Source of the DNA: Poseidonia sp.
GTDB taxonomy: Archaea; Thermoplasmatota; Poseidoniia; Poseidoniales; Poseidoniaceae
Assembly (NCBI RefSeq): GCF_029250625.1
Contig: NZ_JAQXEX010000036.1
DNA length: 64,000 nt
Strand: one strand, 5' to 3'
Shown here: in pieces, positions 9,090 through 18,534 of the stretch
Position numbering within the stretch: the first letter of the stretch is position 1
Layout of the letters: every line of letters begins with the position of its first letter
Program-made: the position numbers and the translations under genes
Notes under the pieces: generated by a model
The model's input: the letters and a program-made list of their open reading frames with translations, nothing else
Told to the model about the DNA's origin: nothing
Database searches by the model: none

Positions 9090-9180
9090 AACATGGGAAT
9101 GCTCTTGTCAACCGTTCTAAAAGATGTGGTTCTGTTCACCCTCCGGAAGAGGATATTCAGAAGGTTTTACTCGATTCGTA

Positions 9181-10302
9181 TCAAGGGATTTCGTCGAATT
9201 GGTAGCCGAGCTCCCATTTCTTCTCACCAAGAGCGACTTCCATCTCAAAAGGCGTAATCAAAGGTTTACGGTACTTCACGGCGTCATCAATGGCGATACG
9301 TGGGCACGCTGTATTCACAAATGCGTCCACTGGATAGAAATCAATCAGTTCTGGACCGACGTGTTCCAAGGCAAGCAGGTAACCTTTCTTACCGTGTTTT
9401 GCAAGCATCCTTTTCATGCGTAGTGCGAGTGTGCGTCGCATCTGGCCTGGTTTTTCTCCAATGAGGATTCCGAACGTCTGTGCTTCTTGTACGCTCATGA
9501 TGAGGCCGAAGCGTTGGCGAAGAATTCGTTCAATGCGTTGGAGTGACATCTCTTCTGCGTCACCGGTGTACGGGTCAAGCATTGCAAGGGGCTTGCCAGT
9601 ATGAAGGACGAGCCCGATGGGGTGGAAATCTCCGCTTCCGAGGAACAAATAATGACCGATGCTTGGATCGTCACCCGAATAATTGCAGCCGAGGACTTGG
9701 CCGGGGAACGAAAGACGGGCGCCGCCGATGGGTATGGTGACATCAAATCCAGCCTGTTCGAGGCGGTCGTGGTATTCCGGTAGGAGGTGAAGGTGTTGGA
9801 TGGACCCAACAAGGCCCAGTTTGGTACCGGTTAGGGGCGCCATGCGTCCGACTGCATCCATGAACCGCTCTTGAGCTTCTTCTTCGCTAAGGCCGTCCGT
9901 GTTGGATTGCTGAGTCATTCGTTCTTGAGCCATGGCGCGATGTTGATTCAGCCATGGAAGGACTGGGGAAAGTTCGGGGTCGCCGTCGTACGTGACGTTG
10001 ATGAACTGCGTCGGCATTCCCGAATCAATGTTCATTTGGGAATGGCCCATGTGAGCTACCAATTCAACGCCCATCAGTTGCATTTTGTCGTGGACGAGGT
10101 CACAAGCGCCGTAGCAAGGGTCTGCTGCGAGTACGACTTGAGCGCTGGTTTCAGTTTCGATGGTATCCATCATCTCGAGGGCTTGCATTTTGAGCCCTTC
10201 AGGCACTTGGAGTGCAATCAAACGGTTATCATTGGTGCGGATGCGCTCCATGAGTTCATCCAATTCAAAGTCGTGTCGGTCCAGGTCCATGTTGCTCCCC
10301 AA
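9181..10302 (-). CDS. dph2: Diphthamide biosynthesis 2-(3-amino-3-carboxypropyl)histidine synthase Dph2
   Basis: QVPEGLK, ADPCYGACDL and SFPGQVLGCNYS match P. horikoshii Dph2 (SPEGLR, NYGACD, SWPGQVLGCNYS), including the three Fe-S cysteines. Confidence 0.8.
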   Translation of the reverse strand: MGSNMDLDRHDFELDELMERIRTNDNRLIALQVPEGLKMQALEMMDTIETETSAQVVLAADPCYGACDLVHDKMQLMGVELVAHMGHSQMNIDSGMPTQFINVTYDGDPELSPVLPWLNQHRAMAQERMTQQSNTDGLSEEEAQERFMDAVGRMAPLTGTKLGLVGSIQHLHLLPEYHDRLEQAGFDVTIPIGGARLSFPGQVLGCNYSGDDPSIGHYLFLGSGDFHPIGLVLHTGKPLAMLDPYTGDAEEMSLQRIERILRQRFGLIMSVQEAQTFGILIGEKPGQMRRTLALRMKRMLAKHGKKGYLLALEHVGPELIDFYPVDAFVNTACPRIAIDDAVKYRKPLITPFEMEVALGEKKWELGYQFDEIP

Positions 10303-10344
10303 CCTAGCGGCGATGCCGCTCCCTCATCAATGCACCCATCAAAA

Positions 10345-10926
10345 TCAAACTTCGTCGTCCAAGAGTACGATGGTCTCACCATCCATGCGTAGACGGACCA
10401 AAGATTGAATTGAAATTTCAGGATAAAGGCCGCGCAGGCGAGTTAAACCGTCACCTTTCTCCACAACTGCGACAATGTGAGTCACCTTTGCTTCTGCTCT
10501 ATGTACGCCTTCAATAACAGCTTCCAATGTTCCACCGGTTGAGAGGACATCGTCAATGATGGCGATGCGTTCGCCTTTTTTGATGTCGTTTAGGAACATG
10601 GCGCCCTTGGAATAACCAGTGGATTGGTCGATCTTAACCTCTCCTTCCAGACCGTAAGTTCGTTTCCTTGCGATGACAAGGGGGACTCCCGTTGACATGC
10701 TCAAAGGGGCAGTAAGAGGAAGGCCCATCGCTTCAATGCCCAACAGGAGGTCAACCTCACCCCAATCGATGCGGTCTCGCGAAAGGTCCGTAATCGCTTG
10801 CAGGATGTCAGGGGACATGCGTGGGACGCCGTCTGTAATTGGGTGGATGAAATAAGGATAATCCCCTTTCCAAATGATCGGGGCTTTCGCTAGACTTTCT
10901 CGCAAGCGTTGCATTGGCTCGTCCAT
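10345..10926 (-). CDS. Purine phosphoribosyltransferase-family protein (type I PRTase fold)
   Basis: PRPP-binding loop ERIAIIDDVLSTGGTLEAVIE. Start moved to the internal Met (MDEPMQRL), since the upstream extension overlaps the next gene. Confidence 0.6.
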   Translation of the reverse strand: MDEPMQRLRESLAKAPIIWKGDYPYFIHPITDGVPRMSPDILQAITDLSRDRIDWGEVDLLLGIEAMGLPLTAPLSMSTGVPLVIARKRTYGLEGEVKIDQSTGYSKGAMFLNDIKKGERIAIIDDVLSTGGTLEAVIEGVHRAEAKVTHIVAVVEKGDGLTRLRGLYPEISIQSLVRLRMDGETIVLLDDEV

Positions 10927-11002
10927 GACCTCACGAATCGTTGTCTGTTTATCATCCTTCAGCGGCAAAGCGGCGCTGAACACTGATGTTCCTGGTTGAT
11001 GC

Positions 11003-11428
11003 TCAAAGTTCGGCGAGGTATTCGACGTATTCGTCGGGTTCCAGCAGGTTTTCCAAAACTTGCTTGTCATCTGGATTCATTTTGAGTTCATGGGGTTCGA
11101 GTAGAATGACCCACCCATGGTCGTAAGCTGAGTCGTTGACCAAATCAGGGCTGATCTCAACTTCGCCGTTAACATCGGAGATGATTCCAGCAAAAGGCGA
11201 CGTGAGTGAAATTTTCTCGTCAGCAGTCCAAAGCGAGAACATGCTGCCGCCTTCGTCAATCTCTGTTTCAGCCTGAGGTAGAATCACTCGGAGTACATCG
11301 CCGATCTCGACTTTCATGTACTCACTGACTCCAATCATCAGTTTCTGGTCTTTCTGTTGATACCACAGATGGTCCAACGAATATTTCCTGTTGTGTGCAA
11401 TAGCAAATTCCACGATTTCCTCATCCAT
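11003..11428 (-). CDS. gcvH: Glycine-cleavage H-protein-like lipoyl-carrier protein
   Basis: KYSLDHLWY..LMIGVSEYM...EIDEGGSMFSLWTADEKISLTSPFAGIISDVNGEV...SAYDHGWVILLEP follows the GcvH pattern (y..dHeW...G.t.yA......ESvKa.sdi.sP.sG.v.e.N..l...P.l.n..py..GW). Start at ATG 11428. Confidence 0.6.
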   Translation of the reverse strand: MDEEIVEFAIAHNRKYSLDHLWYQQKDQKLMIGVSEYMKVEIGDVLRVILPQAETEIDEGGSMFSLWTADEKISLTSPFAGIISDVNGEVEISPDLVNDSAYDHGWVILLEPHELKMNPDDKQVLENLLEPDEYVEYLAEL

Positions 11429-11548
11429 GGTTTTCCCTCTACGCCTCGGCTCACGCGGGGGGTATATGAAGGGTGAGGGGAATTGTTGCAATGAAAATAA
11501 AACAAACGGGTTAAGAAACTCGGCATCTTGGCATTGGTTGGTGGCCCA

Positions 11549-12718
11549 ATGAACTTTCAAGAAACCGACGAGCAACAAATGATTCGTGAAATGGTCCGTG
11601 ACTTCGCTGAAACAGTGCTTGCTCCCACCGTAGAGCATCGAGACAAGCACCAAATCCCTCCTTCAGAGGCATGGGAATCGTTCATGGAATTCGGCCTTCA
11701 AAGCATTACGATCCCCGAAGAATACGGAGGTTCTCCGGTTGATGACATCTCCGAAGCCATCATCATCGAAGAACTCGCCCGCGTTGACCCCTCGTTTGCG
11801 GTGATGTACTGTGTTCATGTCGGCCTTTGCTCAATGACCATCGCCCTTCACGGAGATGAATCGCAAAAGAAAGCTTACCTTCCAAGGCTTGCTGCAGGTG
11901 AAGTGGGAGCTTACTCACTCTCCGAATCCGGTGCTGGAACCGATGCTGCAGCTATGGTTTGCAAGGCAAAACTCTCTGAAGATGGAACCCATTATGTTCT
12001 CAACGGAGAAAAAATGTGGGTGACAAACGGTGCTCAAGCCAAAATTCTCGTCCTCTTCGCCAAGGACGTTGACCATCCGGATTACGGCGTGAAAAAGCAC
12101 GGGGGTACAACGGCCTTCATCATGGAATCAAGTTTCGATGGATACTCGGTCGGCAAGAAGGAAGACAAACTGGGTATCCGCTCGTCAGATACTTGCACGT
12201 TGATTCTCAACGATTGCAAAGTCCCAGTGGAAAACGTGTTGAAAGGCGTAGGGAATGGTTTTCCTATCGCCATGAACGCTCTTGATAACAGCCGAATTGG
12301 TATCGCTGCTCAGGCTCTTGGAATCGCTCAAGGTGCCTACGAAGCCGCTCTCAAATACGCCCACGAGCGCGAAGCGTTCGGTAAGCCCATCGCTCATCAC
12401 CAAATGATCATGGCCTACCTTGCAGACATGGCGACTCAAATCGATGCTGCTCGCCTGATGGTTTACAAAGCAGCATGGACCAAAGAACAGCACTACCACG
12501 CAAACGGACCACGTCACTCTAAAGAAGCCAGTATGGCGAAATTATTCGCAGGCGATACAGCAATGTGGGTTTCGGAGCGAGCCATTCAGGTGCTTGGTGG
12601 CTACGGTTATACCAAGGAATTCCCAGTGGAGCGCTTCTTCCGTGATGCAAAGATCACTCAAATCTATGAGGGGACTCAAGAAGTCCAACGCATCGTAATT
12701 TCGCGGGCATTGAAGTGA
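11549..12718 (+). CDS. Acyl-CoA dehydrogenase
   Basis: MNFQETDEQQMIREMVRDFAE start, GAGTDAAAM, YVLNGEKMWVTNG and the C-terminal QIYEGT motif. The track start at 11528 is TTG, so ATG 11549 is used. Confidence 0.85.
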   Translation: MNFQETDEQQMIREMVRDFAETVLAPTVEHRDKHQIPPSEAWESFMEFGLQSITIPEEYGGSPVDDISEAIIIEELARVDPSFAVMYCVHVGLCSMTIALHGDESQKKAYLPRLAAGEVGAYSLSESGAGTDAAAMVCKAKLSEDGTHYVLNGEKMWVTNGAQAKILVLFAKDVDHPDYGVKKHGGTTAFIMESSFDGYSVGKKEDKLGIRSSDTCTLILNDCKVPVENVLKGVGNGFPIAMNALDNSRIGIAAQALGIAQGAYEAALKYAHEREAFGKPIAHHQMIMAYLADMATQIDAARLMVYKAAWTKEQHYHANGPRHSKEASMAKLFAGDTAMWVSERAIQVLGGYGYTKEFPVERFFRDAKITQIYEGTQEVQRIVISRALK

Positions 12719-13780
12719 TTAAAGTTCTTTGCAAATCAGTTCACGAACGGCTACTGACCACATGACCGGTTGAACGGATAGTTCGACGTATTGTCCATTG
12801 ACAAAAGATGGCTCTTCCCTTCGCTTCATCATGACTTGAACCATTGTTCCATCTGCCGACATACACCGGGCAGTATCTCCTCCTCGGCAATCGCCCTCTC
12901 CGAGTAAGGTTTTGCTAACTCCTGTGACCATTCCACTAAACGTGTAGGCCGGTGCGGTTTCAAGAATCTTCAATGCATCACTTCTTAGGCGGGTTTGCTC
13001 AACGGTAGAGATGAGCTCTGACAACTCCCCTGATGCCGTTACAACTGTTGCCTCTTCTGCATCGGATTGAGGTTCCTCAGCGATTTCATCATCCTCTGGC
13101 CATTCCTCTTCCAAAGGCGCTTCTACAGTGATCTCAATGGCGTCAAGGAGTTTTCCGAGAACCGAAAGACTGACCTTGTAAGTACTCGCTTCATCTGGTT
13201 CCAGAATAAACTGGTCGGAATTGGGATGGTCCATTTCTTCTGAAGTCGTTGTAAATGTCTCAGGAGTTGATACTCCATCTTGCAGGATGGTGATGGTGTA
13301 CGATTCAACTTCAATGGAGAATTTTGCCGTGAAACCAATGGGTTGTTCGACCAGATATACCGTTCGTTCGGAAGAGAGTGTTCCAGCGAGCGGAATCTCC
13401 AACTCAAACATGGAGTCCGGAATCTCAAGTCCATTTGCGGCGAGGAATGCCATCCAATCTGCAACAGGTATTCCTGTGGAAGGGTCAGCATCAACGAATG
13501 AAAACATCAGTTCTACGACCCATTCTGGTGGGCGTTCTCCTGTCATCCTTGACAGAATATCTGAAAACTCATCACCCGAAATGATGCCATCTTTGTCTTT
13601 GTCAAGTTCTTGCGTGAGGTTAAGAGCAGACATAGAAGACCCGTTGAGCCATGTGTTGAAGTTTTGATTGAGCAAGCGTGCCATTCGGTTTTGTGCGCTG
13701 ATGCTCTCTATTCTTTGCTTTAGCGCCACGACTTGCCCGTCAAATGTAGGGCGGGGCGGGAGCAAGATCTTCTCTGCCAT
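12719..13780 (-). CDS. Hypothetical protein with an N-terminal EF-hand pair
   Basis: Canonical 12-residue Ca-binding loop DKDKDGIISGDE and a second loop DADPSTGIPVAD. Acidic middle, and a Cys-containing C-terminal region of unknown fold. Confidence 0.45.
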   Translation of the reverse strand: MAEKILLPPRPTFDGQVVALKQRIESISAQNRMARLLNQNFNTWLNGSSMSALNLTQELDKDKDGIISGDEFSDILSRMTGERPPEWVVELMFSFVDADPSTGIPVADWMAFLAANGLEIPDSMFELEIPLAGTLSSERTVYLVEQPIGFTAKFSIEVESYTITILQDGVSTPETFTTTSEEMDHPNSDQFILEPDEASTYKVSLSVLGKLLDAIEITVEAPLEEEWPEDDEIAEEPQSDAEEATVVTASGELSELISTVEQTRLRSDALKILETAPAYTFSGMVTGVSKTLLGEGDCRGGDTARCMSADGTMVQVMMKRREEPSFVNGQYVELSVQPVMWSVAVRELICKEL

Positions 13781-13829
13781 GTAATGAATGCAGAAGCATC
13801 TCTACCATCAATGTGATGCCGCGTTGGTT

Positions 13830-15191
13830 TCAGGGGAATTGAAGCTGTGGCCATTCTAACGGCTCGCCATGCTGCCATGGAATGCGAGAGAGATGGAGTT
13901 CAATGGCGTCAACTTCGGTAATATCGTTCTCAATTTGAATTCGGTGAAGCCAGTTTTTCAGTCGGCCCAAGCGGACTCCCTGTTCAACTCCGGTTCGCTT
14001 CATGATCCAATGGCCATCAACAAGTGATTCACTGGGGGCGTGTTGTGGCCCTAGCGAGGCCCATTTCACTGCAACTTCGGTCATGCTCCCTTTCGAGGGT
14101 TCACGGCCATGAACTAAGGCCGATATCTCAACCAAAAGGTGCTGCAACCGAAGATGAATGTTCGCATCTTCGCCCAAGCAGTAACGGAAGACTCGCAGTG
14201 ATGATGTTCGTGGTTCCGGGATGGTTCCCAGGTTTCGGTGAAACTGAAGGGTTTGATTGAGAAGGGATTTTGGAAGTTTTAGAGCGCCAAGTGAGCGCTT
14301 TACCTCGGATGGGCCAAATTCAACAAGTAGGAAACCCAATCGATGTTTTAGCAACCACGATTCATCAAAGTGTTTCCCGAAAAGGTCCAACAGTTCTGGC
14401 CTTACAAAACGCAAAGAAGGAAGGATGTGTTGTATTGTTCCATCATGGATCATCAGGGCAAGGACGTCTGCGGCATGTCTGCCGTTCATGATTTTCTGGA
14501 ATTCCGTCCATTTGCGCTCAATGGCCACTTTGGTGAGGATTGGTTGCTTTGATTGCATGGCTTGATGGAGGGTTGATTCAAGATGCCACAGTCCCAATTG
14601 CCCCCGGTCAAGAAATCGGTATGCTCGGAAAATACGAAGCCCATCTTCATCACAACGTTGCATTGGGTTGCCAACTGCGCGAACAAGCCGCTTTTCCATG
14701 TCCTTGGTGCCGTTAAAAGGGTCGTAGAGTATTCTTCTGGCCACATCCAGCGCCATGGCGTTGAACGTGAAATCACGACGGCTTAGGTCCTCTTTGAGCG
14801 ATGTTCCCCAAGCGACTTGGTCGGGCCTACGACCGTCTCTGTACATGCCCTCACTTCGTAAGGTTGTCAATTCATAATGTTGGCTTGCCCCCTTGATCGT
14901 TACCGTTCCAAATTCAATGCCGGTAGGGATCGCTTGTTCTCCAAAGAGGTTCATGACTTCTTCCGGAGTGCAGGTTGAACACAGGTCAATATCTCCGCTG
15001 TGTGCGCCGAGTAAAGCATCTCTTACACAACCGCCTACCGCCCATGCTCCGTGGCCGGTTTCAGCGATTCGGTTAAGGATTTCAACGAGGTCATCAGGGA
15101 GGTTCTCAATCCAACGATTGAGTGACTCAGGACATGAGGCGCCAGCGAGCGAGGCCTCTCTTCCAAAATCCAGTTTCCGCTCATTGTTCAT
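13830..15191 (-). CDS. cca: Class-II (bacterial/eukaryotic-type) tRNA nucleotidyltransferase / CCA-adding enzyme
   Basis: GGCVRDALLGAHSGDIDLCS head motif (GGaVRD.LLg...D.D), RRDFTFNAMA, and the RLVRAVGNPMQRCDEDGLRIFRAYRF neck motif of the class-II polymerase-beta-type head and neck. Confidence 0.7.
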   Translation of the reverse strand: MNNERKLDFGREASLAGASCPESLNRWIENLPDDLVEILNRIAETGHGAWAVGGCVRDALLGAHSGDIDLCSTCTPEEVMNLFGEQAIPTGIEFGTVTIKGASQHYELTTLRSEGMYRDGRRPDQVAWGTSLKEDLSRRDFTFNAMALDVARRILYDPFNGTKDMEKRLVRAVGNPMQRCDEDGLRIFRAYRFLDRGQLGLWHLESTLHQAMQSKQPILTKVAIERKWTEFQKIMNGRHAADVLALMIHDGTIQHILPSLRFVRPELLDLFGKHFDESWLLKHRLGFLLVEFGPSEVKRSLGALKLPKSLLNQTLQFHRNLGTIPEPRTSSLRVFRYCLGEDANIHLRLQHLLVEISALVHGREPSKGSMTEVAVKWASLGPQHAPSESLVDGHWIMKRTGVEQGVRLGRLKNWLHRIQIENDITEVDAIELHLSRIPWQHGEPLEWPQLQFP

Positions 15192-15207
15192 GGGTGCTCA
15201 ATTGAAC

Positions 15208-15702
15208 ATGGCGGGCCCACGGTTGAAAAAGCATTATGCCCCAAAGGGTGTTCCCCCCGACATGGATTGGTCGGAAGACGATGTGGAACTTGTGCCTTTG
15301 AGTTGGTTAAAGGCCCATGAGGCAGTCAAGCCTCGTAACCAAAGGAAGTTACTCGATATGACCCGTCGATGGGGCGGATACACGAAACCGCTCATCGTTG
15401 ACTCCAACACCGGTGCGATTCTTGACGGACATCATCGCCACGCCATCGCCATGGATTTGGGTTTGATTCGGGTCCCTGTTCTTTGTGTCGATTATCTCGG
15501 TGATGATTCGATAAGCGTCGATGTCTGGCCCGCATGCGGTCGTGAAAGCCTCACCAAGGAAGACGTGATTTCCATGAGCCTCTCAGATGATGTATTTCCG
15601 CCCAAAACCAGCAGGCATACGATGGCTGACGATACACCGCCGATTTTTATTCCTCTTGAGGTCCTTCTTGAACCACTTAAGCACGGTCCTGACGCGTCAT
15701 GA
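15208..15702 (+). CDS. ParB/Srx-superfamily (ParB-like nuclease domain) protein
   Basis: KPLIVDSNTGAILDGHHRHAIAMDLGLIRVPVLCVDY matches the ParB N-domain core (DG..R..A...G...P). The upstream part of the track ORF (14893-15190) is antisense to cca and was trimmed. Confidence 0.5.
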   Translation: MAGPRLKKHYAPKGVPPDMDWSEDDVELVPLSWLKAHEAVKPRNQRKLLDMTRRWGGYTKPLIVDSNTGAILDGHHRHAIAMDLGLIRVPVLCVDYLGDDSISVDVWPACGRESLTKEDVISMSLSDDVFPPKTSRHTMADDTPPIFIPLEVLLEPLKHGPDAS

Positions 15703-17491
15703 TGTATGCTCGCCATGCTGCGTTCCCCTTGCCCGAAAGTTTGACTTCATGCCTTGGAGGTTCAGGCAATTTGATTTCAGTTCTGGCCAACATTCCTTCA
15801 TGAGTGAAATCCAACCGTGCCGTGGTGTTTTGCCGTCCTTTGAGGACCGAAGTAAGGTGGCTCAAGGATTGAATACGCAGTTGGTCGAGTGCGATCAATT
15901 CGTCTCCGACCTGAGTTTTTGTTCGTAGAGGGGAGCCGGAGTGGTACGTTGTGATGATGACCTTTCCCTTTTGGTCTCGGAGTCCAACACCAAGCCATGC
16001 AGTTGGCTCTTCTTCAGATTTTTCCGGTACCATGTCAAGGCGGAAGTATTTCATGGCCTTTTTGATATCCGGCGCCGTTCTATCTTGAACAAGTCGGTCC
16101 AAAAACGGGCCCAAGCTTTTCCCGCCGGGAACCTCTTTCAGGGTCTGTCGTATGGACTTGTAATCAATGCCCTGTTCATTGCTGTTTTCGTACTCAAGGG
16201 CGTAGCGATTGCACAACTCAGCCATGAATTCACAAGCTCCATAATTTCCTTTGCTTCGTTTCTGTAATTCAACATCCAAACACATGATGGCTAACTCGCC
16301 TTCAAGGTAATATGAGATTTGGCTTTCCCTCGTGTAGGGTCCGCTTCTATAGAGGTGTATCCACGCATCATGGCTGGATTCAGAGAGGGATTCTCGATGC
16401 ATGCCGTTCTTGCTTGTATGCCGTTTCATCTTTCGTAGGAAATCCTTTCTCCAATCATCTTCACTCCAAGCCCCTGAGCGTACACAGAGCATATCTCCTA
16501 GCCAAGAAGTTCCCCCTTCAAACCACCAAAGCAAATCCGTGTGAACTTCCTTCTGCAAGTCATAATTCAGGAAATTCTTGGGTCGCAATCGTTTCACGTT
16601 CCATTGATGCAAGTATTCGTGAGAAAAGAGGCTTACAAGATCTCGATATTCATCCGCATGACCTGGATAGAGGCACTTGCGGGGCATCATGGAAGTCTGC
16701 GAGTTGAGGTGTTCCAATCCACCACGACCAGTATCGGTCAAGTGGAGTACAGTGGTGTACGTGCCCCATTTCGGCAAGCCAAAGAGGGCATGATGTTCCT
16801 TGATGATTCGCTCCATGTCAAGAATAAAACAATCAAGACGTTCTTTATTCGGCTGGTGCCCACCGCTGTCCCAAATCTTCAGGTGATGTGTTCTTCCATC
16901 AACGGTATGGGTAAAAGCCTCATTTTCATTGATTTCAATGATTCCGTCCCAGAGGTGGTCTCTATTTGGTGCAGAGAAAATCCACGTCGTTGTCTCAGCA
17001 TTTTTCACCGGTGTTCCCGAGGCCTCAAATTGAGTTGCTGGAGTCCAGTGGGGTGGAGCTGTGAGTTCAATCTCGTGTTGCAAGTTCAATCGCTCTTGGG
17101 AGATTCCTTTCTCGGGCATCATCCAAGTGAACGGGGGCATGAGGTGAAGGTGTGTACTGTCAAGGTGAGTCGAACGGACGCTGAGTTCAGCAGCGAGAAT
17201 GGTGTAGTTCGTCTGTATTGACTCGGTGTTTTGCGGGACTGAAAGTTCAATCCCATCCACGCCAACTCGTTTCCAACGCAGTTCTTTCCCCGCAGACGAA
17301 ACGGCTGAGAAATTGAAGAGATGTTGCATGGGTTCACGCATAAAATACGAACCAGGAACCCACCTTGGGAATCGCAAGACGAGTTTCCGGCCCAAAAATG
17401 GGCCGTTGATTGAAACGCCAACGTGCAAGTGGTGGTGTTTCCCATCTGTAGCATCGGCTGTGAAAGTAAGGCCTGAGTTCTTCGTGCTCAT
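15677..17491 (-). CDS. M61-family metallopeptidase with C-terminal PDZ domain
   Basis: HEYLHQWNVKRLRP (HExxH followed by WN) is typical of M61 glycyl aminopeptidase / COG3975. The C-terminal GVGLRDQKGKVIITTYHSGSPLRTKTQVGDELIALD looks like a PDZ domain. Confidence 0.7.
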   Translation of the reverse strand: MSTKNSGLTFTADATDGKHHHLHVGVSINGPFLGRKLVLRFPRWVPGSYFMREPMQHLFNFSAVSSAGKELRWKRVGVDGIELSVPQNTESIQTNYTILAAELSVRSTHLDSTHLHLMPPFTWMMPEKGISQERLNLQHEIELTAPPHWTPATQFEASGTPVKNAETTTWIFSAPNRDHLWDGIIEINENEAFTHTVDGRTHHLKIWDSGGHQPNKERLDCFILDMERIIKEHHALFGLPKWGTYTTVLHLTDTGRGGLEHLNSQTSMMPRKCLYPGHADEYRDLVSLFSHEYLHQWNVKRLRPKNFLNYDLQKEVHTDLLWWFEGGTSWLGDMLCVRSGAWSEDDWRKDFLRKMKRHTSKNGMHRESLSESSHDAWIHLYRSGPYTRESQISYYLEGELAIMCLDVELQKRSKGNYGACEFMAELCNRYALEYENSNEQGIDYKSIRQTLKEVPGGKSLGPFLDRLVQDRTAPDIKKAMKYFRLDMVPEKSEEEPTAWLGVGLRDQKGKVIITTYHSGSPLRTKTQVGDELIALDQLRIQSLSHLTSVLKGRQNTTARLDFTHEGMLARTEIKLPEPPRHEVKLSGKGNAAWRAYIMTRQDRA

Positions 17492-18480
17492 GAAGAGAGT
17501 TCATTTGCGGCGGTTGATAGGTTCTCGCACGCCACCATGAGGAGTTCTGGTGGGTTTGTGGCCATGAATTTCTCGACTTGATCGAGCACATCGGGTTCAT
17601 GTGCACGGCCCAATAAACGCTCGAGTAATTTGCTTCGTTCAATCATGTCGACATCTTGATTTCCGATCATATTCCAGCGTAGCTCATCTTCTTTGGCGCC
17701 TTTGCCCATGAGCCAGCGTGCGATGATGGAATGCATGTTTGTATCAATGAGGGTTTGAATGAGGACATCACTGGAATCATCCACGTTCGCCCTGAGGTGC
17801 TTGGTGATGTCGTGGAAATGTTGAGGGCCGAGTTGTTCAGCCAGTTCTGAAAGATTGTTAGGATGATGCTTTGCTATCCAAAGAAACAACTTCACGGTTT
17901 CGGATTGCAAGCCGTAAAAGGGGAGAATCACAGACAATTCAACGGGCTCATCTCTGTCCAAAAGGGCCCGCAATGCCTCAATTTGAACCGATGCAGAATC
18001 ATCGTTCAGTCCATCTCGAAGTTGCTTCTCGCTGCAGGATTGATGCCGCATGGCGAGGCTTCGAATTGCATCATTGGCGTTCTGATGCATGACTTCAATG
18101 TCCTCGGCGTTCCCGTGTGTGAGCAACGCATCAGCAGCTTTTCTACGAACGACTGAATCCTCATCATCAAGCATGACCTTTGCAATGGAGGTTCCATTTC
18201 CGCCCAATGAGTCCAGAAGGTTGGCTCCACATCGGCGGACATTGAGGGAAGGATGAGCGGTTAACTCCTGAACCGCATCAAGTCCTACGATAGGTGCCCA
18301 GCGTCGGTAAGCATCCAAGGCTTTAGACACAAACCAGGAATCTTCATCGTTCAACAACGACTTGAAGGCCTTGAGTGTTTCTGGGTCTTCCAATTCAACC
18401 AAGGTTCGGACCGCTCGCCTTCGGGTTCGTATGTCACGGTGCTTGAGGCGGCCCATGGCCCTGTCAAGTTCCCCTGCCAT
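17488..18480 (-). CDS. HEAT/PBS-lyase-repeat protein
   Basis: Repeated about 30-aa units carrying RRxAxxAL motifs (AVRTLVELEDPETL, VRRCGANLLDSLG, VRRKAADALLTHG). Its stop overlaps the M61 start (ATGA). Confidence 0.55.
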   Translation of the reverse strand: MAGELDRAMGRLKHRDIRTRRRAVRTLVELEDPETLKAFKSLLNDEDSWFVSKALDAYRRWAPIVGLDAVQELTAHPSLNVRRCGANLLDSLGGNGTSIAKVMLDDEDSVVRRKAADALLTHGNAEDIEVMHQNANDAIRSLAMRHQSCSEKQLRDGLNDDSASVQIEALRALLDRDEPVELSVILPFYGLQSETVKLFLWIAKHHPNNLSELAEQLGPQHFHDITKHLRANVDDSSDVLIQTLIDTNMHSIIARWLMGKGAKEDELRWNMIGNQDVDMIERSKLLERLLGRAHEPDVLDQVEKFMATNPPELLMVACENLSTAANELSS

Positions 18481-18534
18481 GGTGTGCCCAGTCTGCGCCC
18501 CCTCATAGGGCTGTTCTTTTGACCATGCATCGCT

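Noticed and set aside
9090-9180. Candidate replication origin upstream of orc1/cdc6
   Set aside because: Only 91 bp, with no direct or inverted repeats and no AT-rich stretch. Kept only as a negative observation.
14893-15190. Upstream 99-codon extension of the ParB-like ORF
   Set aside because: It is antisense to the well-supported cca gene, Ser/Pro-rich and low-complexity. An ATG at 15208 gives a sensible start just past the cca start.
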